A stretch of DNA of 64,000 nt from positions 62,001-126,000 of the forward strand of contig JAYWIR010000041.1 of the NCBI GenBank assembly GCA_036172245.1. The letters are read 5' to 3'. Shown one piece after another: positions 24,951-37,800 of this stretch (position 1 is its first letter; each line of letters begins with the position of its first letter). A program made the translations under genes and the position numbers. The notes under the pieces are model-generated. The model made no database searches, was not told the DNA's origin, and worked only from the letters and a program-made list of their open reading frames with translations. The DNA is from Raillietiella orientalis. Its lineage: Eukaryota.

Positions 24951-27900
24951 CCATCGCTGATCTGATTGCCACATCCACAGCAAGAGTGTACCAGAAAAGG
25001 GGCAGGAACTCTCTGCATCCCTTTCTCCCCTTCAAATCTCAAGAAAGTGATCGGAAACTGAGTTCTAATTAAGTAGCAAAGCCTTCTCTCCCGTCAAGAG
25101 TCTTTTGGATGCCTTTTTTCAAGTTTCCAAGGTTTCCGAGTCGCATCCAGAACAAAACTGCAGAGAGAAGCCATTGTGTTCCTTTTCTCTTTTTCCCTCC
25201 CCATTATAGCTTTCTTCAGGCCTCGAAAGGAGTAAGAGAACAGCCACGGCGGTGCTGCGTTCGCAGCAGCAGCATTCGACCTCTTTGCCGTTAGGCAGAC
25301 TCTTTTTCCTCTCGAGCCATTCACAACCGAATGGTTTCACTAATGCCTCACTCACTGATGAAGAAAAATAAGAATTTATTTTCTTTCAAAAAATGGGGTT
25401 CACCCATCCCTCCCTCTCTTCTGACACGAAAACTTCTCGGAGGGCTCTTCGAAGATTCGATTTTTAAGAAAATTCACGAGGCACAGCGGGTATGGAATGT
25501 TGCGGGTCCACTGGATGTTCCCTGTGGGAGCGTGGATTCTGCAAAACAGACAAACTTTTCGCTCCTCCAGCCAGGGGGCCGTCGCACCTTTCAGGGCGAT
25601 TTGGGAGGGGATCGGGGCGGTCCAGGAACGACGCGCGCGCTTCGCTACCGGAAACTCACCGAACCATCGCGGATCCCGCGGTCCGACCGTGTGAAGGAAA
25701 CTCACGCAGAGTCATCTTCCAGAAGGGTCAGACGCAGCTTTCCTTATGCTCCACGTGCTCCTTGCTGTGATCCGGGCGAGGTATGCTCCTCGGGAAAGTC
25801 CATGTATGACCGCCTGGATTCTGGCTGCTTGGATTTGCGTGAAGGGACAGCGTAGGGAAGATGGCCAGGGGCTCCGTCGTCCGGTTCGGTGGCAGAGAAC
25901 GGCGAGCCTGTGGGAGAGAAAGGAAAAAGGAAACAGAGGATGGGCACTTTGATCCCTCTTCCTCATCCTTCTACGGTCCAGATGCTTGTCTTCCGCTGAA
26001 GCTAAGACCGAAAGGGCTAGAAATGCGAATAGCAGGAGGAGATGAAAGCGAAATTTTTCGTTTTGGTTCCCCCCAGGTATCCCTTGTTTCGGTCTCTTGT
26101 TTGCTGCCACCTCCCCAGCACCATTTTCCCTCATGGGCATTCCTGGAGATGACCTCTGGAAGCCTCATTCTCTCCCCACCCTTATTCCCCGATCCCGAAT
26201 TGCGACCCCATCCGAATCCAGAGAATGAGAGTGGGAGCTCCTTCTATGCCTGTGAACCATCCTTCGACCCTTTGCTCCCATTCCTGCTTTCTTACTCTCA
26301 GCACACAGGCGGGAGACTCTCCTGATAGCCAGCACGGCTGCCGATGTCACAGGTCGGTTCTCGGAATCGTGTCGAAGGACGCCACCAGCTGACTCTTACC
26401 CCGCTAAAACGATTCGGAAGAGTTCCTCCTGCTACGCCTGCGGTGATATCCTTTGTTGCGTTTGCACCGTATTCCTCGTCTACCTTAGAACGAACTACTT
26501 CTTTGTTCCGTAAAGGAGAATGAGTTGGCAGAGAGAAGTCAGTGCCCAGGAAAGGTCATGGAAAGAAGCATAAGCATACGGCGACCAAGGCAATTTGCCG
26601 AGAAGGTCGTCTTCTCATTGTTTTTTTTTCTTTTTCCTTCTTCTTCCTTCTGGCAATCGCTCCGCCCTGCCCTCGCCTGACGACGGAGGTTTGCGCGGAT
26701 CCCGGAAGTGGAGAGCCGATCGCAATTCCCGCAGCTGCACTCTGGCTCTTCCACACCGAGGGCGACGCGGGGTAGGGAAGGCCCCGGGCGAAGCCAGCAC
26801 GGACTCGAGGGGGCAGGTACGGGAAGAGAGGAGGAGCGCGCCTCTCTTCCCGCGCTTTCCCCCTCGAGACGAGCCGAGACGAGAATCAAGAGGGCGCGGG
26901 GTGGCTGACATCCTCTCAGAGTCGAAAGTCAATAGCGTCAGATGAAGGGGGAGAAGGGCAAGGATACGGAGTGCTCGCCTCGCAGCTTCCTTCTCCATCC
27001 TTCTCCTCGTCTTCTTTGTTCATCTTCGTTCTTGCTGAAGGGGATGAAAGCTTCCAATTATGCCGAAGCTGCGCGGGAACAATTCGGGAACAAACTCTCC
27101 AAAAGGTAGGCGGAAAACCGTCTGGACAAGTCCTTCTCTTTCCCTCCCTTACGTCTTTCTTTCCAAGCCCTCAGATCTCATAATCTTTGCCCCTTGGGAA
27201 CTTCCTTAAGGAAAAAGGAAATAAAATCCCAAGTTTCGACGTCCCCAGGCTCTGCATTTTGTGTCTTGGAATTTCACTTGAACTCAGAAGATGAATGCGT
27301 CAAAGGTCACATCCGAGATCCTCTAAGCAAGGTTATAAGGAAACCGCTAAACCGAGGGAGGTTGAGATCGATCCAAAGGCTCAAATGGGTGAACGAATAG
27401 ATGAGGTCCTCATCCAATAAAAGAGGATCTCATCTGCTAAAGCTTTTTCTTTCTTTCTTTCTTTCTTTTTTTCTATAAGTGGCCTTCTGGTTCTGCTGGA
27501 CCGAGAGACAGCCGCCATTCTTCCGAGCTGCATCTCAGAGAAACCCTTTCTTGCGCTCTCGACCTACTCCTGAGCGCCTTCGCGAGAGCGAGCAATGGGA
27601 AACGCAGAGGAGCGGCTGCTGATAGGCCATTTGTTGTAGCAGCTGACAGACGCACGTTCTAGGATTTTCACATGCGCCCATTTGTCACCTCCAGACGAAT
27701 TCTTCACTGTCACCATCCCTGCGAGGGCCTTCTCTACTCCGAGGTCTTCCTCGGGTGATTTTTCAAGCCTCGGACGTCAACTTGCTGACTCCCGCCGCAC
27801 GAATTCGACTTCTTCCCGGGAACTCCCTCGTCCGATTTTCTTGTCGATTTGCTTTCGATCCTCGGGATTGCGTGTTCTTTCCCAAGTTAACAGCAGAGCT

Positions 27901-29699
27901 TCCCGGGTTCGGTCCCCTGTCACCCGTCCGGGTTTCTCTTCCCCGCTGGCATCAAGCTCGGCTCGCTCCTGCCATCCTCCCTTGCAGCCGGATTTCCCCG
28001 AACGGATTCCTTCCTCCGCCGGCGCCTCCCGTGCTGTGCTGCCTCACAGCAACGCGTGGCTCACGGAGAGTCAAAGCCTCTTGGAGGACGCTTCTCTCTG
28101 CGAAAGAACCCTTCAACGGTCACGATGGGAGCTCCACAGAACTTTTTCTTCTGGCCGCACGAACCCTAAGGGAATGAACGAGAGCACGTAGTTCGAGGGT
28201 CCCTAAGTGTGCAAATCTCCTGCAGCAAGCGTCGGCTCACCTCGATTCCCGGGAAGCTGCCCAGTCTTCACCCGACAGCAAGCGTGCAGGATTTCCCTTT
28301 GAAGATGCCCCGAGGTCTCGCTCCCGAAACAAGATCAGGGACCAGCTACTTATTCACATCTCGCTCGCTCGGATGCTGGACTTCAAATAGGGGACGTCTC
28401 TCTGTCCGGGGATCGAGATTCGGTTCGTGGATTCTGGGGCGTAAAAAGGAGGGAAAGCCACTTCGGAAAAAGAGGGGAGGTGTGGAGGATTTTCAGGAGA
28501 GCCAAATCCTCGCCACTTAAGGGAAATAACTCAGCTGAAGGCATCAGGTGTCGAACTGGCTTTCAGGGTACACAGAAAATGAACCCGGAAAATTTAATCA
28601 CCACTGACGTTGGAGACAGTTTTATTGACGAAATGCTATGGAACCCGCATCCTCCAGAAAAGCAAAATTTTTCTCCTAACGTACATGCTTCTCTTTCGAG
28701 AGCAAATTATTATTTTCCTCTCGGATGGAAGCGTTTCGAATGTTGGATTCGGAATTTAATTTTTCTTTCATTGGCAGAACTAGACCATGGTCACGAATAG
28801 CGGGATAATAAACGCCGGATTTTTCGCGGCATCTAGAATGAAATGAGAATGAAAAAAGTGGAAAAAATTCACACGGACGCAAGGAGACTGTGTTTTGCCA
28901 AAGAACTTGGTTTCTGAAGCATGGACCAAGCTCACGGAATGGAGATAGTGCTTGGTTACGGGTGCGAGGGCGGCTGGAAAGGCTATGTGGGAATCGAGAA
29001 AATTCCTCTTTGGAGTCACCCTCTTTCATGCAACCCTCCCTACTGGCTATATAATCCAGGAGCATTTTTTCTCTTCTTACATCATCTACAAAACACCTTA
29101 CTCCCTGCAAGTGAGCCGCGTAATGTCTGCACACCGTCGGCAACCGCGCCGACAGCAGCACTCGACACCACCCCAGTGGTGAACCTCGGAATCTCGAGCA
29201 TTGTGAAACTTGAAACTCAGCCACTAATGGGCAAGACAGCAGAAGTAGTTGGTTTCGAGAAGAAAACTCTGGAAAGACAGAAAGGCAGTCTGCAGGTGAA
29301 GTCGAGAAATCTGTGCAGTGGATTCTTTGCTATGTTTCAGAACCACGGATCAGATGTCAAGAGCGGTATCACCTTTGCGCTTTCACGCCTTCATCTCTTC
29401 ATCTCACTTCTGAAGGTCACGGACCCAATGCTAAAGCCGAACTTCCCACTAGTATCAAAGCTTGAGTCAAAGGATTAGGGATAGTAAGAATTGTAGCATT
29501 TTCGATCAAGACGGATGATAGACTGATCTGAATGCCTATCTTGAGTAGCAAAAAGCATGATAACCCACTGGTTCCACTTTGACTCGAAATAGTGAGCTTG
29601 AAGGCCAAACAGTGGAGCACGTAACTAGACGCAGTGACTCAAGAGAAGATCAGGGTGACGAATGAAAAAAGTCCTCTGGTGGAATAATTGATGTGACGA

Positions 29700-30450
29700 A
29701 ACCGAGAGGCATTATCCACGGGACTACTCACAAGTCCGCGTGATTGTGCCACAGGTTCCAATTACTTTCTTAGACTAATACAGTGGCTACCTTCCAGATG
29801 AGATACAATGTATAATAAGTTATCACAACAAGCCATCATCACACTCCTATCACTAATGAGAACACATTACCATTCGTGGCGTTATCATTTCGTGGTTCAC
29901 AAGGCTATCAGATTTGTTTGCCTTTTAGAAAAAATGCCCACACTGATTTCGAAAAGTTCCATGTGTCTTCGTGTTTGATAGTTTCTAGAAAGGAGCATTT
30001 GTACCCTTACAAAGAAGCTCTCAGCACCACTTGAATCCTTGCTCAGTTTTTCAACTTTTATCAAGTTCTTCATGTGATGAAAGAGATGATTTTCCGGCTA
30101 GAAAACGCGAGATGAAGTGGAATTTTCGACAAGAGCAAATGAAAGACTCGAATGATAGCTGCGAGTGGCCGGAAGTGTGGAACAGCCAGGGTTCCTCGTT
30201 TCAAAACCCAGTATGGAAACCTTCTGGACCATTATTAGGAAAAGTAAATAAATTGTCAATTATCTGCACTTGTACCTGCTTCGGTGGTACATATACGAAC
30301 GAAATCGTCTCCGTGGGCTTTCGTGTACGCAGAGTTCCAAACAGAGTCTTCAAACTCGTAGCGAACATTAATCAGGAGATGAATTCCATCAATTTCATGA
30401 TGCATTACTAATGATTCAATGGTAAAGAGATTCATAATGGAGTTGAAATT
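29700..30450 (+). mobile_element. Decayed Penelope-like RT fragment
   Basis: GGA ACA GCC A-G GGT TCC (~GTAMGS, ~30179), WYIY-NEI (~WxRYVDDI, ~30286), NINQEMNSINFM (~LN...SIKFT). Confidence 0.55.
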
Positions 30451-33400
30451 CGGAAGCACATGAGCCCACTGCGGCTCAGAAACGATGGCTACTTGCCGCT
30501 TTGCAGAGAAATGGATCTTCCTGTTTTCCAAGTGAATTTCAATCCTGGGACGATGAACTTTGTCTCCTTGACATTCCGTGAGATAGAAAACTAACAGCGG
30601 CTCTTGGTGTTTTGCGAAAAAAAAATGCAAAACGAATTAAAACATTAAAGAGAAGCTCTTTAATACCTTCGAGGTTCTACTCTTTTCCCACTCAGTAAGG
30701 GGCGCTTGTTTGTGGGAGGATGGAGAGAAAATGGCGTCTCGTCGAAATTTTGACATGTGCCACGACATCAATGACAAAACTGAGTTTGTCTCCTCGGGAC
30801 CGCACGCTGTCCAGAACTTGCTGCAATGCTTCTCCCAACCGATTTTTTTTTTTTTTTGTTTTCGAAACGGAAAAAGATGTTTCTAATCTCTTCTCATCTG
30901 TCTGTCTCAGTGATTTGGGGGGGAGGGGGGGAAAAATCGAGAAAAGAACCAAAAAACGGGCTGCATCCTGATTTTCCAAATTATGGTTTCTAATTGGTTT
31001 TGAATATTCATAAAGCGAATTTAAGGATCAGAGTTTGAATTTCGGGAAGCGGAAGGCAATATTGAAAACGTGTCCAGACTGCAGAGAAAGTCGGGTTCTT
31101 GAACAGTGGCAGGCATGCACTTGTGGCTGAAGGAACTCCGATCGCTTCGAAGGGAATACGGGCCATCATCTTGGGGTCGAGCAGAGGAAGAAGATCCGTT
31201 TTCCCTGTTTCACCATGGACAACTGCTCTCGAAGCCGAACACGAGATGAGATGAGATGATGCAGTGCAACGGTGGCAAGGGAAAATTCCTGAATTCCATC
31301 TCTGCTATCGGATCGATCATTTGCTAATGCTTTACGATATTTGGTTCCTTCGGTTTCCCTTCGGTATTCCCGATCCTGGTTCCAAGCTTTCGCTCAGGAA
31401 GACGCCTCTCAAAGTCCTTGGGTTTTGAAAGTGCAAAGGACAATCCGTGAAAATGAAGCACATGAAGTGAACGCTCTCACTAATGCTCAAATGATGGGAT
31501 TCAGAGAGAGAAACCAGATCCCACTTGCTCCTCGATAGCATTCCGTGAGGCATGAGCTTGCTTTTCGCCACACTTGCTATAAAGATGTTCATTCGATTTC
31601 TTGTCTGCAGTTTACCAAGAGCGTTATCTCTCCAAACAGCGTGAGGCCTCAGAAGGAGAAGATTCGCAAGGCGAGTTTCTTTCTTTAAATTCGGAAAACA
31701 GCATCAGTAGCCTTCTTTGTTCACGATGTTTGTTAGTCCTGGGGAGAATTCCGTGCACGTATGTTCTCCGTGTCGGAGGAGGGGAGGGGAGAGGGGAGGG
31801 GGTGCATCATGTCACGTCTCGGGCAACGGAAAGTTCAGACTGCAAAGGGTTGCGCTCAGCAAGTTAGGTGAGATGGACCGTGTTCTAAACAGCACGGAAA
31901 GACGTATTTGCTCTTTCTCTGCTGATTAAAAAAAAAACGAATCTATGAAACATCGAGTAAAACATATGGAAGTACTCTTGAAGATTCGATTTTATTTTCA
32001 GAGAAGCCTTAGAGAAAATGCATGAAACTTGTTGTTGGGGATTTTAAGGACGGTGCGAAATCCGAATCGAGCAACAAGTGGTCACGAGACACACTGCTGC
32101 TATGCGTGTATCAAAAAATACATGTGTGGGGCGTCAACGTATGTTAGGACACACATATGGAAGCATCCAATGCATTACTAAACATTCCATCTTTACGGTG
32201 TCGAAAACACAATTCTGGAAATTTTTCACATGCCTGAACTGAGCTACAAAACTTTTAACATTCCTGAACAACTTGTTTGTCTTCCTATTAAGCCGCAAGT
32301 GAAGGCGATGGATTTGATGGCATTACAAGCGTTTCTCAGTATGCCTCCGACGGTTACGTTTCCTGGCTGACCACCTGTTTCGCACTGCTCTGTAAGCCGC
32401 GGGCGCTGGTCAAGTACTTCTCGACTTGGTGGTGTTGCAACAAAGTGTTTCCTTATGCCGAGCCAGAAGACTTTTCCTCTGGAGAAACCTCCTACCCGTT
32501 GTTTATTTATGTTGCTGTTTTTGCATACCAGCTCCTCGTTGATTGGATGACTCCGTCTTTTTTTTTTTTGTCTCATCTCTGGTGTCGTAAACCATGAGGA
32601 AGGCCGTAACGAAGTTTATTCACCAACAGATCTCAGCCTCTCATCAAGGCAGAAATGCCCTTTTCGAAAAGCTGATAGGTAACGGAAACCATAGCTGCTC
32701 GGATTTAAGAACGCGTGCCCTGGACTTCCTGTTAACTCACTCAGAAATGGTAAAAGTGTTCTGCTAATTCATTACTTTCCTGGAAGCCACTTTTTATTGT
32801 AGCTGTTCATGGGAGGCATTCGTTCTATACAAAAATTCATCCCATAAATTTGCAATCCCAGATGAGTTGAGCAATCCGAACAGCAGTAAGAAGAGAATAA
32901 ATAAGCAGAGCGTAAAGCGAAACGGCAACTCTGAACGGAGGAAAATAATAAAAGATCGACTGCTGCAATTATCTCAACGCAGAATTAGCTTTCGGTGGCA
33001 ATCCAGTTTCCGCAAGCAGTTTCATCCTTATCTGTGTGAGGCTAAGACAGAACAAGTCCGTTTCATTACAATCCTTTCCAAGAAGAGTATCTTCTTTCCT
33101 GAGCGGGGAAGGAATTAGAAGTGACTAATCTCGTCAAACTGACCTTTCACATCTGTGTGAGAAGCAGGGGGAAGGGAGGAGGGGTAAAAAGGTCACTTCT
33201 TAACATTGTATAAGGGTCTCAATGATGAACACGCGAGATTTCCAGTGTAAAGATTGGGAGACACGAATCCAGAATCATTGACCTGTGTTTCCAGAAAGGA
33301 AAATATGCTGAGATATAAATAAATTAATGAATCGGAGTTCCTCTCCGATCAATTAAGTTTCGATCCGGAGGGAGCCACTTCCACTTTACTTCATTCCCTG

Positions 33401-34957
33401 CCGGCCATTTATTCTATTTTATTTTTCAAGTTGACCGTCCCGGTTCTGGATGATTACTGATCTAAGAAGTGCGTTACTCCAGAAGGCAGACAAAAGTAGA
33501 AAATATGGCCTGTCTGTAGAAGATCGCACGTACAACCCAAGGCCCTCGTCGTTGACTTCCTGCCAAAGCCCTAAATGGAAAGGCAAAAACTTCTGGGTTA
33601 CCCACGACTTTCTGTGGGGCTCCGGGTGGGGAACGTGAAATGGAAGGCTGATAACCTGAAGTTTTTACCTTGAGCATTGCATCCACGCTGATCCATTTGA
33701 ATGAAATCGCAAATGAAACAGGCAACGAGAATCCCTGATTTCCGGGGTAAAAACCTGGGAAACCTACGACGAGTATCCCAGGCAAGCTGTGAAATGAAAT
33801 TCCTATTCCATCTCAGACCGGCTACAGGAGAAAGATCTGTCTGCCGGAGCACTGGCCGTAATCAATTGCGAAGAACGAAAAACGAAACAAATACGTGTTG
33901 TTTTCAGGTTAAGCTCGCATGATTGGAACTTCATGCGTTTGCTCGTAGGCACGAGTCCTATGATTTATGAGGCCGAATTTTCTCAATTAAAATACCCTGT
34001 GAATCATGACTGCTTCCGGAAGATGGGTTGAAGAATAGTCGTAATACCAGGTTTGAACAAAAGGTTTACGAATGCAGAAGAGATTTGAATGAAATTCCAG
34101 AGTCTGAAAACCGAGGCTAACTTTCTTTATGCGTTAGCTCAAGAGCTCAGAAAATAAAAGGTTCTGGATTATGTGTGGAAGAACTCAGGCAACAGTTTGG
34201 GTCTGTTTGCTCCCGGAAGAGAGATTCCTTTCTGAATCGGACGTGCAGCCAAAAATCAGCAAAGCCGAAGTATTTGCATCACGAACCAATGTCAAAGCCC
34301 CTCCACCATTTCATTATCTGTAATTCGAAAATAAAGTCGAATCTGAGACGTCCTGGCACGATAGATAATCCGCGAATGAATAAAAAAAAAATTGAGCTCG
34401 AGAACGGCCATTGAAGCAGTGTACGAAGCAGAGAGAACAATATTAAAACACGAGTAGGCAGTGGGAACTGGCGGACGCCGAAACGCAGTGTCCGAGTTTC
34501 CTGCTCCATTTGCAGCCTCCAAATCAGTACTTGAGGTACAGTGCTTGGGAATCGTCATCTCCGTTAATAAATCGGTGAATTCAACTGACCACTCGCTTAA
34601 TTAACAAAAAGCAGCTAACAAGAAGAGCAATCCAGATCAAAAACTTTGAAACCAATTGTCTCTTGGGGAGTGCTGGCCGCTCACTGAGGGTAGTCAAACT
34701 CGAGATGAAATACAGATGAAGTAATGGGGAGTGTTGGGCACTCACTGGTCAACATTGAATGACGGAGTATTGGGAATGACGTGCTCTTTCTTTGGGAAAT
34801 GAAGGGGAGAAGGATCATGCAAATCACAGGCAATGTACACTGAATTGCTACAATCACTTTTCCGAAGGCATTTTCTCTGCGTATTACATTGAACTGCGTA
34901 CGAGAAAAACTGCATTCGAGTTGTATTGGCTCGGAAATACGACTTCACACCTCTGAG

Positions 34958-35187
34958 TCAATGTACAATGTTGAAAACACTCTTCCGATGTATATCACCA
35001 TTCGCGTGCTGAAATGCAATGCTGCCTACCAAAATTGAGGGGTTTTCCATGACCATGGGGTGGGTTGTTATTGTCGCTGCTTTATTGCACATGGAAATGG
35101 GATCGCCATCTTTCAATGCACCCATACGGTGCTGGGATTCTGCGCTTTTCCGATTCACCATCCCCACATTCGAAAAAATGAATAAAT
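34958..35187 (-). CDS. Probable cytoplasmic-tail exon of the Sidestep-family gene
   Basis: Acceptor ttctcttcgacgatttcag|AT is phase-1 compatible with the TM exon and gives an open frame (D)LFIFSNVGMVNRK...FNIVH*. It may instead splice out at TTG|GTAGGC near 35030. No homology support. Confidence 0.45.
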
Positions 35188-35949
35188 CTGAAATCGTCGA
35201 AGAGAAGCATCGTTAAGATTTTCAGGCGGTGGTGCATCGCGGGGCTCAAGCAAATAGAGCGAAACATGGAAGGAATAGAAAATGGAACCGATGTCGTTAT
35301 TCAGCCGAAATCGTGTTCAAACGTTCCGCATCTCGTGTTTTTTTTTGTTTTTTTCCAATCAGAGCAGACAGTTTTATTCAAAAGATTCAAAAAATGGGCA
35401 CATCGTTTTGTCTAATGTTTCCCTTTTCTTTCATTCTTTCTTTCTTGCCCGGGATCCACCTTATTGACGAGGCACGCTGATCAACCTGCTTCATTTCATG
35501 CTTCCAGAGGAGAATTCCCCTGATTACAGGGAAATTCAAACTCCTCATGGATGTAAAAGTCTGCGAATTGACGCTTCCAGGTTTTACTCCGCTCCCATGA
35601 CAACCCACTTTTTTAAAAACAAAAAAAAACAAAAAAACAAAAACAAAAACGAATTCCAGCTGACTTCGCTGAGACGAAACAGATTCAATTACTTATTTGT
35701 GCTCGAAAAAGACTCCGACATATCCATCTAAATTATCGATCCATTTACAATAGAAAAACTATCTGAATGTGATATCAAATGGACAAAGACGCTAGATTAA
35801 GACCAACGCTTCAATCGGATGCGGTATTCCAAGTTTAGCAATCTTGAAAATTTTTCCCTAGAGAAAGAGCAAAAGTCTATTTGACATACCAAATAGAGAT
35901 CGTCTACAACCAAACAATGCAATGAAGCCATTTGGCAAGATGTGAGGAT

Positions 35950-37800
35950 CAGCGACGCGGATGAAGATGCCTGTAGTGTTCTTGAACCTCCTTAACAGTA
36001 TGGACATAAAAGTCAAATGCTAGAAAGGCAATTGTGGCGAAACCGAAGAACTGTTTCCCACAGCTGAAATGGCGTGTTTTCCATTTGGTAAGCTCAGTGG
36101 TACTTTTCCAATCTGATATGCTCCTGAGGACGAAAGGCCAACTTCCAGAGTACAATCCTCGGAAGAATGCGCACAGGATACTTTTCCAGTGTGCCATCTT
36201 CCAAGGAGACTGCACACTAGAAAGAACCGTCTGTACAACCTGTGGTATGCTCATTGGTTTGTCACTGAAGTGCAGATTTCATCATGTACCTTTCAGGGAA
36301 ACGAATCCAGAATTTTCCTTTGACGCTTTTGTTAAAGAGCCTCCACAGATGATCCAAGCCTTACCCTGTAGCAACCGTGTCGTACTGCACTAATTCAGGA
36401 TGGAAACATGATTCTTGTAAAGGTTATGCAGACATAATCCGTTTTGACAGCTAAGTCAGGGAACTTATTGCGTAGGAAGAAACCAGTCAAATCATGCAAG
36501 GCTTGGAGCCCAGAGGAAGTCTCAATGTAGAAACTGGAAGTCGCTGAAAGCTATATGGAACGAGCCTGAAAGCATCTTTTTTAATTCGAAGAAAATTTCA
36601 TAACCAACAGAGAGCCGCAGGAAGATTTGGTAAGAGACAAAGGGGAATGCTAAACGACGAAAAGAATAATCAGATCTTCTCGAATAAACAGAACGGAAGG
36701 AACTTTCCTCTCCGGAAAGGTATTCCTGGAAGAGAACACAGACTGGCATGCAGTGGACCTTCGGGTACAACATGAAGAGTTCGCTATCGCCTACTTGCAC
36801 TGGAGGGACCTCCACGTGCTAGACACGAGCAAGGAGCAAACCAGCGCCTTAGGGAGGAAACGATGGCTGGAGAAGTGAAGGTGAAAGAACTCCTTCATCT
36901 CCCGCCACCCACAATGTATTTATGTAGTTATGGCTGAACCTAGACCCGGGTGCCAGGGAGTCCTCGTGACAGCTTCTCCCAGAGGCAGGTCTGCTGGCTA
37001 CACGACGTCAGCATTCGTCTTGTTTGGGAGCAGTTCATATCATTTCGCCTGTTGCAGCAGCGCCAGTGCGCTGAAGCTGCGGAAGACTGTCTAAATCTGT
37101 AAGAGCTTGCGCTCGAGCTGGTGATGCGGACTTGATTAGCACGTCTGTTCGCAGAGCGACCACTTGAAGGTGCTCCAGCAAAGACGACCCCAAGCGTCTC
37201 GCAAGTTCGGGGTTTCCCGAACTTGGTAGCGGGGTCAGCAGTAACGAACTCTTCTTTGAGAATTTGAACTCTTGCTCCTAGCCAGACAGTCAATGTACTC
37301 GATAAGCGGAGCAGCTGCTCGTCGGCAGCGCCGATGCAAGCAAAAAGACGGGAAAGCTCTGTCTGATGTGAAAAAGTGAATTGTCGCTATGAAACAGGAA
37401 TATTCTAGAAAGGCAGGGTGCCTCGTAATAGGTAGTTTCTTTCTGAAGGAAGGGAACGTTTAGCTTGAAGACTGCTTGTGACCTCGAAGCCAAAGTCTCC
37501 TTTCAGTAATTCCAAAGACTCTTTGTAGTTGTCAGACTCCATGAAAGCAGTTTCCGAAGCACATCCCTTAGTTTCGATGATTTCTTTCTTCTTTAGCAAG
37601 AACGGACCTATGAAAATAGGGTCAATTCTTGTTCAGTGGATCATATGGACAATCATTTGAATCATGTAGTGGTAGATGACAGCACCGTTGGAGGTCAAAG
37701 CAGCGTAAGGAAGGTCAGAAGGTGAGATCGTAAGCAACCTGAAAGTAGGGAGAGAGGAAAGTAGAGATCAACCTTGTGTAAGATGGAAGTTAGGAGATCA
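35950..37800 (-). mobile_element. Decayed L1/Tx1-like RT and 3' region (intronic)
   Basis: Ordered weak motifs: FDLQRC, TKGCAS (~QGCPLS), FHSDN (~YADD), ETLGVVF (~KILGVxF), FFLVC..W, KWKTRH (~IWxxRN). Confidence 0.4.

Noticed and set aside
34290..34590. Possible additional terminal exon of the Side gene
   Set aside because: Acceptor phase does not match the candidate upstream donor, and there is no homology support.
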